DNA of 36,578 bases from Chiloscyllium plagiosum (lineage: Eukaryota): the NCBI RefSeq assembly GCF_004010195.1, contig NC_057718.1, positions 7,135,614 to 7,172,191 on the forward strand. Reading direction: 5' to 3'. Shown piece after piece: positions 33,167 through 36,578 of this stretch (positions within the stretch are counted from its first letter, which is position 1; each line of letters opens with the position of its first letter). The notes under the pieces were generated by a model. It saw only the letters and a program-made list of their open reading frames with translations. It was not told the origin of the DNA and ran no database searches. A program made the translations under genes and the position numbers.

Positions 33167-33520
33167 CAGTCGGTTCTGATATAACCCGAGGGTTCCGTTC
33201 TCATGCGATCTCATGTTATAAGAAAATCTCACAATAGCTGCGTCATTTAAACTAATTGGGTTGGAATCACACTAGAGCCAATATAGGTAAGGAAAGATTC
33301 TGTGATGGAGTACATTCTCAGATATTATAAAAGAAGTACCAATGGAGATAGTGAATGAGCTGGTAGTAATCTTCCAAGAATCCTTTGATTCTGGTAGAAC
33401 CCTAGAAGGTTGTGAAATAGCCAATATAGGTAAGGAAAGTTCACATTCTACAAATAGCATTGTTCATTGCATTAAAGCCAATTCATATTGAAGAACTATG
33501 TGTTATAGCAGAACTGGCTA
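33167..33520. mobile_element. Tigger/pogo-like MITE with TA TSD
   Basis: TA|CAGTCGGTTCTGATATAAC ... GTTATAGCAGAACTGGCTA|TA, 19-bp imperfect TIRs. Confidence 0.78.
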
Positions 33521-33954
33521 TACTGTGGTACAAAGGCATTTGAGTGTCCTTATGTGCTAATGACAGAAGAGTTAGTTTACTGGCACAGGATTTGATCAAT
33601 GAAACGTGAGCATTTATTGAAAGGGGTAATAGAAAGGGAATGTTCCTCAGCTGTGCAGGGGCTTCACGAGACCATGACATTGTTAGGTTTGGTCTCCTCA
33701 TTGAGGAAAGAATATAAATGGACTGGAAGCAGTGCAAAGAGGCTTCACTTGACTGAGTGCTGAGATAATGGGGTGGGCTTATTTACCTACTGGAGGTTTG
33801 CAGAATGAGAGATGGTCACACTGATATATAAAAGGTTCTGAAGGGATTTGACAGGCTGGAAGGTGAGGGGATGTTTCTCCATGTGGTGCAGTCTGAAACA
33901 AAAGGTACACTGTTTAAAAATGAGAGGTTCCCTCAAATATCTCTACAAGGGGTG

Positions 33955-36375
33955 GTATGACGTCACCAAGACACCCTTTATTTATATCTTCATTAGAATT
34001 TAGAAGAATGAGGGGGGATCTTATAGAAACATATAAAATTATCAAGGGAATAGATAAGATAGAAGTTGAGAGGATGTTTCCTATGGCCGGTGAAACTAGG
34101 ACAAGGGGGCATAGCCTTCAAATTAGGGGGGTCAGATTTAGGACAGAATTGAGAAGGAACGTCTTCACCCAGAGGGTTGTCAATCTATGGAATTCCCTGC
34201 CCAGTGAAATGGTTGAGGCTTCCTCAGTAAATGCTTTCAAAGCTAAGATAAATATATTTTTGAACAGTAAAGGAATTAAGGGTTATGGTGAGAGGGAGGG
34301 TATGTGGAGCTGAGTCCATGAATAGGTCAGCCATGATCTTATTGAATGGCGGAGCAGGCTCGAAGGGCCAGATGGCCTACTCCTGCTCCGAGTTCTTATG
34401 TCCTTGTGTACCTGACACTGGTCCAGCTCCCTCAGACCCTGCTCTGAGTGAACAGAACCTCTAACACTCCTGTCCATGTCTGTCAGCCAGGGCTCCTTCA
34501 TTGCACCAGAATAACAGCCCCAATCAGGGAGCTCATATTCTGAGGTCCCCCTGCATGACCTCATTACAATCACTACATCCAGGGATGGAGACCTGTTCTT
34601 TCTCTTGCAGCATCTCTTGGGGCATTTTCACACTGGGTCTGGTTCCTCTGACTCAGCCTCAGAGATGGGGGTGTGTGTACCTGACTGTAACTCACCTCTT
34701 CCACCCAGAGCATCTCAGAAGAAATTCAACCTCTTCTTGAGGTGACGAAAGACCGCAACATCTGCCATGTACATCTCAGACTCAAGGTTTCTTCAACACT
34801 AAACGGGATGGGGGGAGAACCCATGGGTTCCAAACATCTTTCTGGCTGTTCTGCCAGGCTGGCTATATTTTGCTTCTACCCCAATTGCGAGTTTGCAGTT
34901 TTCATATGGTCCACACACTTGTTCAGGACTGCCTCATCTTCCTGAACTTTCCACATCATGGAGCCTGACATTGCCTCCACCACGCCTCATTCCTATGCAG
35001 GGCCATTCCCATGGCTTTGGCACCAAACTTCATTTCCTGAAGTAAAATGTGTCTCTTGCTTAGAGAAGTCTTGTTTGTTGTTCTACCTCAGCATTGGCGT
35101 TCCTGATGTAGTTTCCCCCTACCCACTCGGTCGGGGAAGATCAGACTTAACCTGGTGGCGAGTCTTCTCCCCATTAGCAACTCTGCTCGAGCTGTCCCTG
35201 TAGTTGCATGAGGGGTGGTCCGATAATCAAGCAGAAACTGGGACATTCGACTTTAGGAAATACTCAAATTCCCTGCTGGTAAACAATGACCTGTTATCTG
35301 CTCCCAACATTTCTGGGAGCCTGAGTATTGCAAAGGTTGTGGCCAGTTTTTCTATCATCATCCCTGTGTTGACGAATGAACTCTATACACGTCCAGCCAC
35401 TTTGAGCGGGTGTCCACAATGACTGAGAACATTGACCCCATGAAAGGACTGGCACAGTTGACGTGTCACCTGGCCAATCCCATGAATGTATGGAAGTACT
35501 TTCTGTTCTTCTTGGCACTCTGGGCATTGCCCACAATTGTGGCTATGTCTGCAACCAATCCTGGCCACCAGACATACCTTCTCACTAACATCTTCATTTT
35601 GGAGACACCTGGATTAACCCTGTGAAGTTCAGCCAATATCGGTGACCTTTGCTCAGCACAATCATCCTTATTCCCTGTAATAATATGCCGTCCCGTACGG
35701 TGGATCTGGTCTCACCATGCCCAGAAAGGTTTCAATTCCAGTTGTGATGGCCCTTTTATTTCTTCCATCACCACCAATCGTTTCAGTTTTTCCAAGACCG
35801 GATCTTTTTGCGTCCACAGTTCGATATTGTCAGTGGCAATTGTGTGTCCAGACAGTTTAAAGCCATTACGGACTCTCCCAGTGGTGCATCTGCCAGTGGG
35901 GGGTAGTTCAAGGCATGCACATTTCCCATTTGGCCCTACAAGATGATCCAACTTATAATTGTATCCATTTAGAATGATAACCCACTGCTGTATTCAACCT
36001 GAAGTGGCATGGTGTTATTCTCCTTGAGTAGCCCCAGGAGGGGGTTGTGATCTGTTTCTTTTACAAATTTACACCTGTAAAGACACCTGTAGAACTTCCT
36101 GACTCCAAATATGACAACCTCGCCTTCCTTCTCCATCTGGGCTTATTTACAATCTGCATCAGCCAAACTCCTGGATGCACATGCTATCATGCTTTCCTCT
36201 CCAGTGGGCTAGTTAGCTATGATCTAATACTACCCAGTGCTATACAGGGAGGCATTGCATAACAAGCTTCCCAAATAACAGCCTAATGCCAGAAATGCTT
36301 GCCCCAACCACTGAAATAACTTCATGGAGGCAGGTATCCTGTCAGCAAGTCACCCTTTATTTATAGGTGGCGGGT
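33955..36375 (-). mobile_element. Decayed, internally deleted Gypsy/Ty3 LTR retrotransposon
   Basis: 3' LTR about 33955-34577 (TGTAGTG start on the - strand). Integrase remnants LAELHRVNPGVSKMKMLVRRYVWWPGL...QCPECQ (HHCC region, about 35520-35640) and DNRSLFTSREFEYFLKSN (about 35245-35300). 5' LTR end GTTATTTCA at 36312 is followed by a TGG PBS-like start. Confidence 0.85.
33993..34405 (+). mobile_element. Young CR1 3' fragment inserted into a Gypsy LTR
   Basis: ORF 33957-34313 SLEFRRMRGDLIETYKII...VFTQRVVNLWNSLP. LTR sequence lies on both sides. Confidence 0.88.
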
Positions 36376-36384
36376 CATTGACAT

Positions 36385-36578
36385 GGTAAAAACAATGACT
36401 GCAGATGCTGAAAACCAGATTCTGGATCAGTGGTGCTGGAAGAGCACAGCAATTCAGGCAGCATCCGAGGACAGGCAAAATCGACGTTTCGGGCAAAAGT
36501 CCTTCATTAGGAATAAAGGCAGAGAGCCTGAAGCGTGGAGAGATAAGCTAGAGGAGGGAGAGGAACACAGCAAGGCAG
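36385..36578 (-). mobile_element. Penelope-like fragment
   Basis: GACTGCAGATGCTG...GGCAGCATCCGAGG...TCGACGTTTCGGGC, the same family as 3915-4094. Hammerhead core mutated to CTAATGA. Confidence 0.8.

Noticed and set aside
25259..34313. Several 100-190 aa ORFs as host genes
   Set aside because: The recognisable ones are CR1 reverse-transcriptase C-terminal fragments. The remainder lie within other repeats or lack any domain signature.
745..36578. D/J/C segments or further RSSs (several CACAGTG heptamers, e.g. 6416, 8461, 14248, 22880)
   Set aside because: None has a convincing nonamer at 12 or 23 spacing, or an adjacent FGxG-plus-donor J motif, and most are in repeats. The scan was by eye, not exhaustive.

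Overview
Repeat-rich cartilaginous-fish (shark-like) genomic DNA, judged from HE1-type V-SINEs, abundant CR1 LINEs and Penelope-like elements. Two host genes are readable. (1) On the + strand at the left edge is an intact antigen-receptor V gene segment, most like TCR alpha/delta V. It has a CCAAT plus CRE/decamer-like promoter, a leader exon (278-338), an 85-nt intron, a V exon (424-705) and a 23-bp-spacer RSS (706-744). (2) On the - strand are the first four coding exons of a CD109-like thioester/alpha-2-macroglobulin-family gene (22130-22206, 16548-16708, 8600-8628, 6874-7098), which splice in frame. I found no exon 5 between exon 4 and the window start, so the V segment appears to lie antisense inside intron 4 of the CD109-like gene, unless that gene is truncated. 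The rest is largely nested mobile DNA: a deleted piggyBac, Penelope-like inverted repeats carrying minimal hammerhead-ribozyme motifs, a Gypsy provirus remnant, a solo LTR holding two Tx1/L1-like fragments, a Tigger-like MITE with a captured CR1 piece, SINEs, LINEs, two minisatellites and an 83-N gap. Repeat boundaries are approximate unless TSD/TIR positions are quoted.
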